Shown piece by piece: positions 52,267 through 64,000 of a DNA stretch of 64,000 bases. The notes under the pieces were generated by a model, which made no database searches, had not been told where the DNA came from, and saw only the letters and a program-made list of their open reading frames with translations. The stretch comes from Haliotis cracherodii (Eukaryota). Each line of letters opens with the position of its first letter. Position 1 is the stretch's first letter. Made by a program: the position numbers and the translations under genes. The DNA is taken from assembly GCF_022045235.1 (NCBI RefSeq), contig NW_027266264.1:47554001-47618000 (forward strand), read 5' to 3'.

Positions 52267-54279
52267 CTAAATGAATGCATATAGTCACATGACATACAGA
52301 CGTATCGTAACAAAGTACATAAACATCTCGTTATAAAACACATATTCCTAAGTGGTACATTAGTACGACAACGAAACATGTCAATCCGTATTGGCCACTA
52401 CTATTCCTGCGACAATGGACTTATTGGTCGCTCATATGATACGGAAACGTGTTACTCGTTAAATTTACGACTATGTCAACATAGAGTTACAAAAATTAAC
52501 TCACAGTTTTCCTTCGACAAAACAAAACCTCTGTTCGTCCATGTTAGTTTTAGTGTGGGTTTTCCCAGTCGACTAAATATATCCCTGACATGGCTTCTGA
52601 TATAGCAGGCTGACTTGGCAAGCCTTCAACATCCTTGTACTGGTGGGTCGGGCTGTATGCGACATACAAGTGTCAGATGACCTAGAAGCTAGGATTGTGT
52701 TGTCCCCGACAGGAACACAGTTACAGCGCAGCACAATACATGAAACGAAACTACGATTAAGCGGTGCGTAGTAAGCGACATTGATAGCCAGACATGTGAG
52801 TCAGCTGTCGGCGTTATCACACGTCACTCCAAAGAGACTTTCTAGTTCCGTGTGATGTATTTGTATGAATCCGTTGCATATGTATCATTGAAATATAACT
52901 CGAATGCTAAGGTTCCCTGAAGAGAAAACATATTATATTTTTTGGCTCCTCCCATCTGATCATGTAAGTGTCCATTTTATTTACATTTATATGCTCGATT
53001 AATGTTTGACATTGGAGCCTATGAACATAGGATTCTGGCATGCAGAAGGGACGCAACTTTGCACATCCAACTGCGAGGCCTGGGACGACTGGGAACAGCG
53101 TCCTGCAGTAGAGTCAAATCACCCATGAGATGAAAATATTAAATAATGTTCGCTAATCCCCGATACCTGTAAACGTGTACTGCTACCTGCTTTTCACATG
53201 TGACTTTTGAACAGATTATTTACTTTTACCAAGTACAATTTTTCACTTCTGCCCATGTGGAATATGAAAAATACACCTTCTAACATAATCTGGGAAGAAT
53301 AACAGAGGGAAAGGGAGATTTTACTTTAGAGGTAGTCGTGTCTATCGTCTCTTGTTTCTTTAAGGTACGTCTCTGCTTGCAATACGTGGTACAAATGTAC
53401 CATGTACAGTTTGTGTGTGCAAATAGAATCGACAAAATCCTTTCCATAAATAATTTACAATATGTCTATTGTACGATTCCGACTATATCATAAGCATATG
53501 TTTTTGAGCAGACAATTATCACGGTGACCAAGACCGCCTTACTAGTCTGCCATGGGGATCGACTTAGACCCGCATGTCAGGCAGTGAATAGCAATATCAG
53601 GATAGAAAAAATAATACAAACAAGTGGCTTGTAATCTAAACTCACAGTTTATTTATATAGGCAATCAAACTCAAGTAGGGGTTACAACAACAGGTATGTA
53701 GGACCTGATAGATAAACACCTGAGTATGGAGCTAATTGACAAACTCACAACTAAATAGGCTGTGCTAATCAATCTCATCGGACGCTAGACAAGACAATGG
53801 ATTTGCTAACGTCTGTGTCTGACAGGAATTCACACCTTGAGACAATGAGCTGTGACCAATTAATATAAGCTCTTAATTGGACCAGTTTGCGGGGACTCAA
53901 AAGGACGGAACAATTACCTCTAAGGGATAATAGGTGGATTTAAAGAACTACAACGCTTTAAGCGTTAATAAGGATTTTACCCCAAATATCTTCCCAAAGT
54001 ACTGTAAGATACAAATAGCTAGTTCTATGAACTTACAAGTACAAATAACCCTATAATAAAATGTAAGAGCAAGCAGAACAGTCTACGAACTTACAAAAAT
54101 GGTATAATAAGGGGTAAGATAAGCAAATGTGGGTATGACATAGTTATCGAAACATTTACAGTTCAGAGAAAGTTCAAGATCTCACCAATTCCCGTCAAAG
54201 AGTCCTAGGTCGGTCCAGCAGTAAGACAGCAGTGAGCAGCCAGCAGCGTGACCTGAGTCCGCCGAGACGTTACTGATTT

Positions 54280-55215
54280 ACTTAATCAATCAATCACATT
54301 GGAGATTTAACGTGCGCTTTCCGACTCAAGCGTATTTCGCACACGGGGTTGCACTTATGCTATTGGGGGGAAAAAAGGCGTAATGAATAAATAAAGAAGT
54401 GCAACCCCCAAAAATATAACTTTTACAGTACTAAAGATTTACTTAACTGACTGAATGATATAGGAGATTTAACGTGTGCTTTCCGACTGTAGCGTATTTC
54501 GCACACGGGCCTGGCCAGACCATTTAGTGTATTCCGAAAAGGGTGAAAGTGGTGTGTGCAACCCAAGAGGGGGCTTTTAGGGGTTACTTAATTATATTGA
54601 ATTTTTGGAATTTTTAAATTTGGAATAAATGCTGAGGTGGGTGGAGGAGGGAACTAAGGGAGCCGGGTGAGGTGGGTGTTTGTATGTCTATTGGATTTTG
54701 AATTTGTAGATTAATTAGTTTTTAGATGCGCTTAATTAGGTCTGTTTTGATTAGGAATACGCCTAGGGCCTTGAAGTTTTCTAGTTTATTTTGAGGGTTT
54801 AGTATTTCATCTAGAGTAGGAACCTTATTTAGATTGAGGGTGGTTTGTAGTGTGGTTCTGTGTGTTTTGTAGTGGGTGCAGTGGATGAGTGCGTGTTCTG
54901 TGGTTTCGGGTTGAATGCAGTGGGGGCAGTTGCCTGTGGTGTGCCTTTTAAGTTTTTTTAGGTGGTTATCTAGGTTAGTGTGTCCTGTTTGGAGTTTTGT
55001 AATTGATCTGTCAATTTTTTTTAGGGGTGTAGGATTTTAGGTTTGGCTAGTGGTTTTCTGAGCACTTTTTTGATTTGGCTATTTGTGTTTTGATATTGAT
55101 TATGCCATTTTTTGGTTATTTTTGTTTGTTAACACTTTTAATTTCTGATTTTGAGATGGGTAGGTTTAGGCTTATTTCTGGTATTTACTTAAGATTTGAG
55201 TCGGCCTTTAAAAAA
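54280..55215 (-). mobile_element. 3' fragment of I/Nimb-like LINE (ORF2 C-terminus plus 3' UTR)
   Basis: Minus-strand translation TKLQTGHTNLDNHLKKLKRHTTGNCPHCIQPETTEHALIHCTHY...FLIKTDLIKRI* contains the TGH and CCHC knuckle typical of I-group ORF2 ends. Strong A/C skew. Confidence 0.75.
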
Positions 55216-56944
55216 GAAAGAGCCCCTAATTGACCACTTAATTAATTAAGTAACCAATGGGAGATCAGCCTATTTACGTTGGCTAAAGCTAAACAAACCT
55301 GTCTTGTTAATGAGAGTGTGTTTTCTAGAACACGGTTTTTGTAATATAACTAAAATTATATTATGAGTATATACACATATGGACTATGAGCGTATAGGTC
55401 ATAAAAAGTTCTATACACTGATATAAAATATACAACAATAAATATTCAAATGAAATTGGTAGGGACACAAGGGCAAAATATGTGTTCAGTGACCCAAAAT
55501 CATGAATTAAATAAAAAGTTGAAGAGTGACAATACAAGCAAATACATATAAAGGTAGAGACTATAATTCTCTTTAAAACTGTACAAATACATATAATATT
55601 GAATGAGACAATTGGAAGAGAAATGACGCTAATTAGCACAGCGTCACACAATCCAGTGATTGATATTATGAGCATCGATCCACGCAATTTGGATCGATGA
55701 CATGCATCAACCAAATCAGCGAGCTTGACCATCCGATCCCGTTAGCCGCCTCTTACGACAAGTATAGTCGCCTTTGACGGCAATCATGAGTTTCTGAAGA
55801 CCTATTCTAGCCCGGATGTTCACATGTCAGTATCGCCAATAGTGGCTTGAAGTTGATCGGTAAAACAAATAACATAATCGGCTTAAATATACTTCTCCTT
55901 GTGGATTATATGTATTTTATGAAACCAAAACCAGATTATAGAAAAAGCAAGTGTGAACTTTCTTTCCTGCATGATGATGGGATTTCATCGTACAAAATAC
56001 ATTGTCCCCGAAAATTCTTGAAAAAAAACATATGCTTCAGACCTTTGAAAACATAAAATTATATTGTTGCAGGGTATTTTCTTTTTTTTAAAATAAGGCT
56101 CATAGTTTTACATATATATGTTTTTGTACAGGTAATATCAAATTTTCGGACTGTTTTGTCCGTGCAATAAGGGTATTGAGTTCGCATCTGTTTACAACGT
56201 TTTGTTTCACTATGTCACATGTTAGGTTTGTTCTTCAGGATCTAATGAACAGGATGTAAAAATATAACATGGATGTATGATGTAGATGAATTGTAAATGA
56301 TATTTGTCAACGCTTTGGAAACTGTGTCAACCAGGAACCATGCCAGACATGTCCACGGGGGTAGAATAAAGTTGAAAGCGTTCGCTAGTCCGGCTTTGAT
56401 TTCCTACATGGTTAAATGGGTGAAGCCCATCTCTGGTGTCCCCCACCGTATTATTGCAGAAACGTTGCTAAAACCGGCGTGAAGACACTCACACACTCAT
56501 TCAATTTTGTGACTGTCAATTTTCTTAGAACAACACATTCACTAATTTCGTACATCATGTTGAAATTGCATAGAAATGCAAGAATCCTGAATTCGGCAAA
56601 AAAATACGAAACTCATGCTAACATGTTCTATTTTATTTTATTATTTCAAGCGGAATAAAATTAGCACATGAGACATGAAAAATGAAACATAACATTCAAA
56701 ACCAGGAAGTTAAAATAAACATCCTAGCCCTAACTGTTATTCAATATTGTATAATACTGTTGTTATATGAAATACATAATTTGTGGAAATTCTAGAAACC
56801 AGATTTTATAACTACTTAACAAATTGATCTATCTTAATTGATAGAAAATGGAAATAAACATTTTGACCATTACAATGACGTCCTCCTCTCCGGTATATGT
56901 ACACAATCATTTGATTAATTATGTATGATCATTTATCACATAGA

Positions 56945-57417
56945 GCTGCTCAGATATAATCATAGTGTCTATGAACCTGTGCACAGATATAATCATAGTG
57001 TCTACGAACCTGTGCTCAGATATAATCATAGTGTCTACGAACCTGTGCTCAGATATAATCATAGTGTCTACGAACCTGTGCTCAGATATAATCATAGTGT
57101 CTACGAACCTGTGCTCAGATATAATCATAGTGTCTACGAACCTGTGCTCAGATATAATCATAGTGTCTACGAACCTGTGCTCAGATATAATCATAGTGTC
57201 TACGAACCTGTGCTCAGATATAATCATAGTGTCTACGAACCTGTGCTCAGATATAATCATAGTGTCTACGAACCTGTGCTCAGATATAATCATAGTGTCT
57301 ACGAACCTGTGCACAGATATAATCATAGTGTCTACGAACCTGTGCTCAGATATAATCATAGTGTATACGAACCTGTGCTCAGATATAATCATAGTGTATA
57401 CGAACCTGTGCTCAGAT
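56945..57417. repeat. 33-bp minisatellite, about 14 copies
   Basis: Near-identical head-to-tail units ctgtgctcagatataatcatagtgtctacgaac, with no spacers. Confidence 0.97.
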
Positions 57418-58071
57418 TTAATATTCTCTCAGGACGATGCACAGAAGCATTCCTCTCCCTGTTATAGTCCACATACACTTTTTATACACATATATAGATA
57501 TTATAGTATAGATATAGATATGTATAGATATTATTTATATAGTCTTGGTTATATAGATAATACTTATTTGTAAATCTGAGAACCTGACATACACCTTCGT
57601 GATGGTCTGAGGTACAGTGTAACAACAAATGCCATGTGTTTTCCCTTGGAAATAAGTATACATCGTGACAACGTGAAACACAAGGATACATACTCTTCAT
57701 GTTGGTGTATCGCGTTGGTGTATCGTGGTGTATCGTGGTGTATTCGTTCACATGTCATAGAAATAGCTACCGTATTTCAGTAATATTGGTGTTGAAACAT
57801 GGTAATACTACACAGACACATAAGAAAGCAGTTCCTAAAATGAATGACAGCGATTGCTATGATATTTGATGAGATATAAAAAAAGATCTGTTTCTTGCAA
57901 TGACATTTCTATACATCAGAGTTGGCCGCGTTCTTCATCACTGACAGCTGAAAGTCAAGAAAGTAGTATTTCTATGAATAACATAAAATGCGAGTTCTAG
58001 ACTTGAATATTAGATCTACGTTAATGTGGATATTGCTAATCGCAATGAGGACAGACCACGACAATATGTGT

Positions 58072-61000
58072 TCATGGCGAGACAACAGCTACAATACCTG
58101 AAATACAACACCTCATGACAAACACACTGGACTCCAGCTTGTTTTTTTTTGCAGAATTGCCAGTCTAAAATACAATAAACGAAAAATAATTGTATACATG
58201 CTTGCGATAAATGTTACATCATAGTAATGTCTTTCTGTGACCAATCTCAATCTCAATCTCCTCTACCACATACAACAAGTACATATCTCACCCAGTCGCC
58301 GCACATCGTGCACTTCATTGCCAGACACCAACTTCTCAATCATCGGATCTTTCTTGAATACCACTCTAAAACTGAAATATATTATTTTACAATAAATGAA
58401 GAAATAAATACACGTAGTTCAAACTATTATAGATATAAATTGCCCTTGCAAGAGAATAATCAGTCTAGATTATCCGCCGAAACAGACTCCATGAGGCGTA
58501 AAGGGCAAAATAGCTGTAAAAATTATATATTATATCATATTATAGATACACTTTTTAATTGAATCATGCACAATGCCAGGCTACATACTCGTACCTTTTC
58601 CCATTTCTCTGTATCAAGCAAGATCCTTTAGCGTTTCTCTGAAACTCTTTCTCCAGTTTCCCAGTCGTCACAGCATCGTAAAGCCGCCACTTGCCCGTGC
58701 TATCACGCCACTGCCACACTACAACACACATGGAAGGTATGTAGGTGAACAGGAGGGGTAAAATGACCGTTGAAGATTCAGGTGTACAACAATGCTTTAG
58801 TGAAAACAAGATGAATACAAGAAACTACCGCACAATCCTCTCGGGGGATGGGCCGGAGGTAATGGATCCATGTACATACCGTGTACTTTAGTTGCCGTAG
58901 GTACGGGACTAGGTTTCCTTGGCCGTGTTTCCAAATCTGGTTTGCTGAAAATGTGATGTACTCCTTATAACAAACATCCATTGGCAAATCCTAAAAAGGT
59001 TGATTGTCCTGAGTATTGAATAAAATACATGAATGACATACAATTATGCAGGATGAAGAAAGAATTTCAGGAAATTTCATTTGGGAATTATAGTTTAGGA
59101 AATTTAGGGGGATCCTATTAAAGGATTATATATGCAAATGTTAGTTTTGTACCTAATGGATGGTAATTTTGTACCTAATGGGTGGTAATATTGTACCTAA
59201 TGGATGGTAGTTTTGAATAATATTTTGAATTCTTCTTGAAAGATAAGGTGAGTTGGGGGTTTAGAGTCGATTAGGATTATTGCACTTGTATAAGCGACGT
59301 GCATGCATGTACGTGTGTGTGGCTGCTTGTAGTCCGGACTAATGCAAATTTTATAGTGCTAGCCCAGTGAGATACCATGCCGCAGTTTAACATGAATACC
59401 CCACTAAGACACAGTATACAAACACCGAGCCGACCAGTCCTTGTTTTAGCCCCTTAATGCCAAGCGCCAGGCAGGGTGACAACAAGTGCCATCTTTTAGC
59501 GTTTTCTGGTATGACGCGGTCGGGGATCGAACCCCCGATCCTTCCGCTCTCCGGACAGACGCTCTGCCACTAGACCACGGAAGCGACCAGACAGAAAAGG
59601 CTACAGTTAGGAAAGTAAATAAGATTTATCATCGAATCCATTAAGTGACAATGCGTGTCACACACTGAGGCATGGACTTACTGAAGAATATTATTATCCC
59701 AAATAAGTACTGAATTTCAAAAAGGCCTTCCGAAATACATTAGTTACCAATCACAGAACGCTAGGCCGGGCATCATAAGACATCAACTGTCATCACTCAA
59801 CTGTAAGTCACCTATTGACAACAGAATCAGCTTCACTTACCATATTTCGAGGTCGAAACGTCCATCACAGCCATAGTTGTATGTACAAATTTTATCCGCA
59901 TCGATCCATCGAACCTGTAAAACATTTTACGTACCTAATCAGTCTTACAATTAAACCATGACACAATTATATATACAGATGACATGAAAAGTTACCAACA
60001 ATTACTGTGAAAAGTCTGACGGGCAGGAGTGAGAGAATAACGGTGGAAATTCTTGTGAAAGTGACACACTTAATTCTATGAGATATTAATAATGTCAAAA
60101 AATGCTCTAAACATAGTAGTAAAGAATGTCCGAGACACCTATGTTTACTTACCTTGACCTTTCCGTCTTGTGCTTTCCGGATCACGACCCCGTAACTTCC
60201 GGGTCCGCCATCCTGGTGTCCATACGTCCAATCTCGTCCTACGAATAGTACGATTTCACAACGTGAAAGTTGACTGCAGTGATTATGAAAACTTACTTCA
60301 AATTGCCACATAGTTCTTTGAAATTGTCACTGTCATGAGTATTATGCAAGAATATTACTTTGGTTGCGTCGATGTTTTAATGTGTTCTTTAGTTCATATC
60401 TAGGTTCCATATCAACCAACATGTATGCCTACCTCTTTGGACCTTGTTCCCTATTTCAATGAGTTCGTCATCACACAGGTACCGCGCAGTGTCCTGGACT
60501 AACAGATCGTAATTGTTCTCATACCCATATCTGTATCTACAGAATGTGGAGTTGAAATCCCAACACACCCAAACCAAATCTGAAAATAGAAGACCGGACG
60601 TCTTCAAATTGCATATGTATGAAGAATGATATTCCCCACTTTTCAACATGTTACACCTGAAATGTCAGATGTTTCTATCTATGATTCTTCATGTTATAGA
60701 GGTTTCACAAATGAACAGCTATTTTCAATTTAAAGACACCTTTAACTTCTTTTCATATTTGTGCTCCAATGGAATGAGTTTGCATTTACTATGTATTCAT
60801 CAAACAAGTTTTGTTCATAGTTGAAAAAAAAGACAAGTAATAGCAATTTCGATTATCAACATCATTAAGCAATATAAAAGTTCATTTTCTATCCTAATTA
60901 GCCGGCTTTTATTAATGGACCGATATTCTGATTTGTATCCTCTGAATACCAGTAACTAACTGGCGCTCGGCATTAAGGGCTAAAACAAGGACTGGTCGAC

Positions 61001-62618
61001 TAGGAGTCAGTTTTCTGTGTTTAAGTGAGGCATCCGTGTTCAACTGAGGCAGGGTATTTCAGTGGGCCAGCACAACANNNNNNNNNNNNNNNNNNNNNNN
61101 NNNNNNNNNNNNNNNNNNNNNNNNNNNNNNNNNNNNNNNNNNNNNNNNNNNNNNNNNNNNNNNNNNNNNNNNNNNNNNNNNNNNNNNNNNNNNNNNNNNN
61201 NNNNNNNNNNNNNNNNNNNNNNNNNNNNNNNNNNNNNNNNNNNNNNNNNNNNNNTCACCGTCGGAAATCTGACACATTTTAAGAGAACTTACTGTCTTCT
61301 TTGGCATGATTAACCACTGTTCCTGGTCCGCCGCTGTCCTGGTCACCCCACTTCCAGTCGGGGCCCCTGCAGACCCTCGTCCCAAGGGCAAGCAGGGCCT
61401 TCTTCTCTCGGAGGCGTTTGAAGTCGTTCGGTTCCATATTATCATCATCATCATCACTGTCCGTGTCCTTGTGGTCAAGCTTCCTCTTCACTGCTTCCAC
61501 TACCGCGGACTGAATAAATGAAATTAATGGCTAAATAGAAATAATCATATCCCCAGCCAATGGTAATGTGCAATTGAGTGCAAGATCCAAACCCAACACC
61601 AGCTGCCTGGGACTTGTTCCAAAGAGTCAATGCGACCTAATCAATACCTGATTGATATGCTACCAATTGACTGGTACCTTTAGCTATCTCAGTACGATGT
61701 GAAGATGACGAGCTTATCATTGAATACACTTGGGTTGTTTCTATGGAATTGACAAAAAAAAACAAATCGAAAATGGTAAACCATGATGAACAATTGATTG
61801 ATATATGTTCGTTATGAAAACCGGGAACAAAACATTTTTAAGATCTAAATTCCTTAAAGGGGACGGAACATTCATCATATGCCTCTCCGGGGCAAAAATG
61901 AATTGAAGGATATCATTTACTAATATCCAAGACTACTGAAACACAGTAATGACCGTAATATCATACCCCACCTTTTCTGCTGGATCCATCTCTCCGACCA
62001 GGGCCTCTGCTACAGTTTCTATGCTGCTAGACATAGAACCCGTCATATGCTGAGTCTGTATACAGAGCAGGATTTTTCCTATGCTTCCCTGTTGTAACAT
62101 GAGTACAAAGGTAGTTAACGGTAAAACGTTGACGAGAATCACATAGGGATCCGAGTACCATGCGAACAACGAGACTCGAATACTTGAAGTCAAGAACATA
62201 TCTGTAATTTTCATAGGATCACTAAGGCACAGTTCTTATTAGTATCGGATTGTTTATTGATTGATAGCGTGTTTGCAATGAGAAAATCCTCCGCATTTAT
62301 TTTCTTGTAAAGATGTGTGATTTATATACCTGGAATCTGTAGTTCTTGCAGAGTCTCGCCATGTCCTCGCCTTCCACCAGCTCTCCTTGCCCAAGTTTGG
62401 CCAACGATTTTAAAAAGCCCTGAAATTTACCAGAACATGTGCATTTTGATCTGTATTATTAAATAGCTTATAGTTGACTCAAACGGCCAATGTATGGCTA
62501 TATGTGTGTGAGCAGAAAACAGACTTGAAGATGAAGCCCAAGACAGTGCAGAACGCTGGCGGTTACCGCTTTGTTGAGTCCACAATACAAGCACTAAGCC
62601 CATATCGGCGTGAGTGGA

Positions 62619-62653
<35 letters not shown>

Positions 62654-64000
62654 ACACATTTCTAAAAAAGACATGATATTTCTGACAAGTCAGAATCATC
62701 TTCCTACTCACTGTATCTGCCTTTCCAACTGGAACCCATACTATTGGATGAGGTGCGGAACTGTTATTCTTCGGCGTAAATTGTTGAACAAGTTGAATCA
62801 GCTTAACTTTGGTCTAGGGAAAACACACATGGAAGCCATGTCACATCACATCTTACTTGAACAGTAACAGAAATCATCACCACAACCTGCTACTCATTTA
62901 CAGGATTCATACTAGTATATAGACCCCAGAAAAATATATTATTGGTGTACTCTTTACTTGTGTAGGTTGGGGAGATGTAGAATATGTATGGAAATAAACA
63001 TAGTACATGGCAATATATACAGCGGGTGAGGGTGGAAGAGATCTGGGTTTAACGCTGCTTTTAACAGTATTCCAGTTCTATGTTCAGTTCGTGTATTCTC
63101 GTACAAGACCTCTCTCAACTACCTAACGCCACAAAGCTTGTGAATAGTGAAACAGACAACCTTTCACATAACTATCAGGAAAAACCTCTGCAATGGCACT
63201 TATGATAGCTGACTCGTAATCAGTCTGAAACACCTCTGGAGAAAGTTCTGTACCAGTTCTGGTTCCTACTGTCCTTCAACAACCTAAATAGTCTAACATA
63301 TGTCTGTTTGGTCTTGTTAGGAAGCAACGAAAAAGCAACAGGATACATTTTACCATTTACAAGACAATGAATAATATACACTTGGAGCCACAAGCTAGGA
63401 CAAACAGAAAAAGTACCATCCTTAAACAAACTGTCAGAGTCACTTCACTTTGAACCTCTATGCCGCTTGGATTAGATTAGAGCTTGGATTAGTTAACAGC
63501 CTGAGATGGACAATGTACATTCATATAATAGGGGTGAGGCAATTAAGCATTTGAATTATTGTAGGCGAAATGAGGTGTAGGCGAAATGAGGGCAAGCCCT
63601 ATGACGGCATGTCAGCTTAATGAAAACCCGAAGTGATGCAGGTCTCATATATGTACCACTTCGGTGAAACCCACGAGCATGGGGATGGTGCTGACAAACC
63701 CAGAACCATAATCAGAGTGAATCGGAATTCGAACCCACAATCAAAGGTTTCTGATGTGCCGAAGCTACGCAACTCTGCACGACTGAGCCACCCTGACTCC
63801 ATATACACAGTGAACTAGAAATATCGACGTTTGCGCATTGACGGGGAACATATCCAGCCCCCAGTGACCATGCTCATTAATCTTACGTCATGGTCAGAAC
63901 TCCCCCCATCCGAGCCGGTCCAGCGGGCATAGCTTGTTGCTAATCCATCGGTTACAACAATAAGCCGAGGTCGGATCTTGTGTGCGTCACCAATACTTAG
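58072..64000 (-). CDS. Paralog G5 (5' part beyond right edge): VWA C-terminal half, 2x MIB-HERC2, WWE
   Basis: Exons approx.: 64000-63887 (RPRLIVVTDG), 62813-62712 (PIVWVPVG), 62419-62330, 62088-61972, 61509-61293 (LGTRVCRGPDWKWGDQDSGGPGTV), 60578-60434, 60238-60153, 59914-59841, 58944-58880, 58718-58595 (WQWRDSTGKWRLY..LEKEF), 58371-58292, 58097-58072 (TGA). Confidence 0.87.
61078..61254. other. Assembly gap (N run) in a G5 intron
   Basis: Run of n characters. Confidence 1.
63120..63600 (-). mobile_element. Mutator-like (MULE) transposase fragment in a G5 intron
   Basis: DGTFSVCPSLWLQVYIIH..YPVAFSLLPNKTKQTY, then after a frameshift TDYESAIISAIAEVFP..VKGCLFHYSQALWR. Short direct repeats TGTAGGCGAAATGAGG at ~63560-63591. 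Confidence 0.85.

Noticed and set aside
56919-57573. Repetitive ORFs and a CRISPR-like look of the 33-bp array
   Set aside because: Units are head-to-tail with no unique spacers, no cas genes are present, and the context is eukaryotic. The ORFs arise on both strands only because 33 is divisible by 3.
4021-64000. Naming the genes mib1, HERC2, HECTD1, deltex or PARP
   Set aside because: No ZZ, ankyrin, RING, HECT, RCC1 or PARP catalytic exons were found; only shared modules are present.

Overview
This is AT-rich, intron-containing animal genomic DNA. Its SINE repertoire suggests a gastropod mollusc such as abalone, which is an inference. Manual exon stitching shows the window is almost entirely a tandem cluster of six divergent paralogs with a shared exon/phase structure. 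Four are complete (G1 4021-12529 -, G2 15881-26294 -, G3 28539-40218 +, G4 42440-51791 -) and two run off the edges (G0 left, G5 right). The shared architecture is: ~150-aa N-terminal alpha/beta domain (possibly TRADD-N-like), short coiled coil, hypervariable disordered spacer, VWA domain, two tandem MIB/HERC2 domains, C-terminal WWE domain. I found no RING, HECT or PARP catalytic domain, and I do not recognise the combination as a named gene. It looks like an expanded, diversifying family of non-catalytic ubiquitin/ADP-ribose-pathway adaptors, possibly immune-related. Introns and intergenic DNA hold SINEs, a Dong/R4-like and an I/Nimb-like LINE fragment, a MITE, a MULE transposase relic, and a 49-bp minisatellite built from an exon-intron junction. 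Exon boundaries were called by eye and may be off by a few bases.
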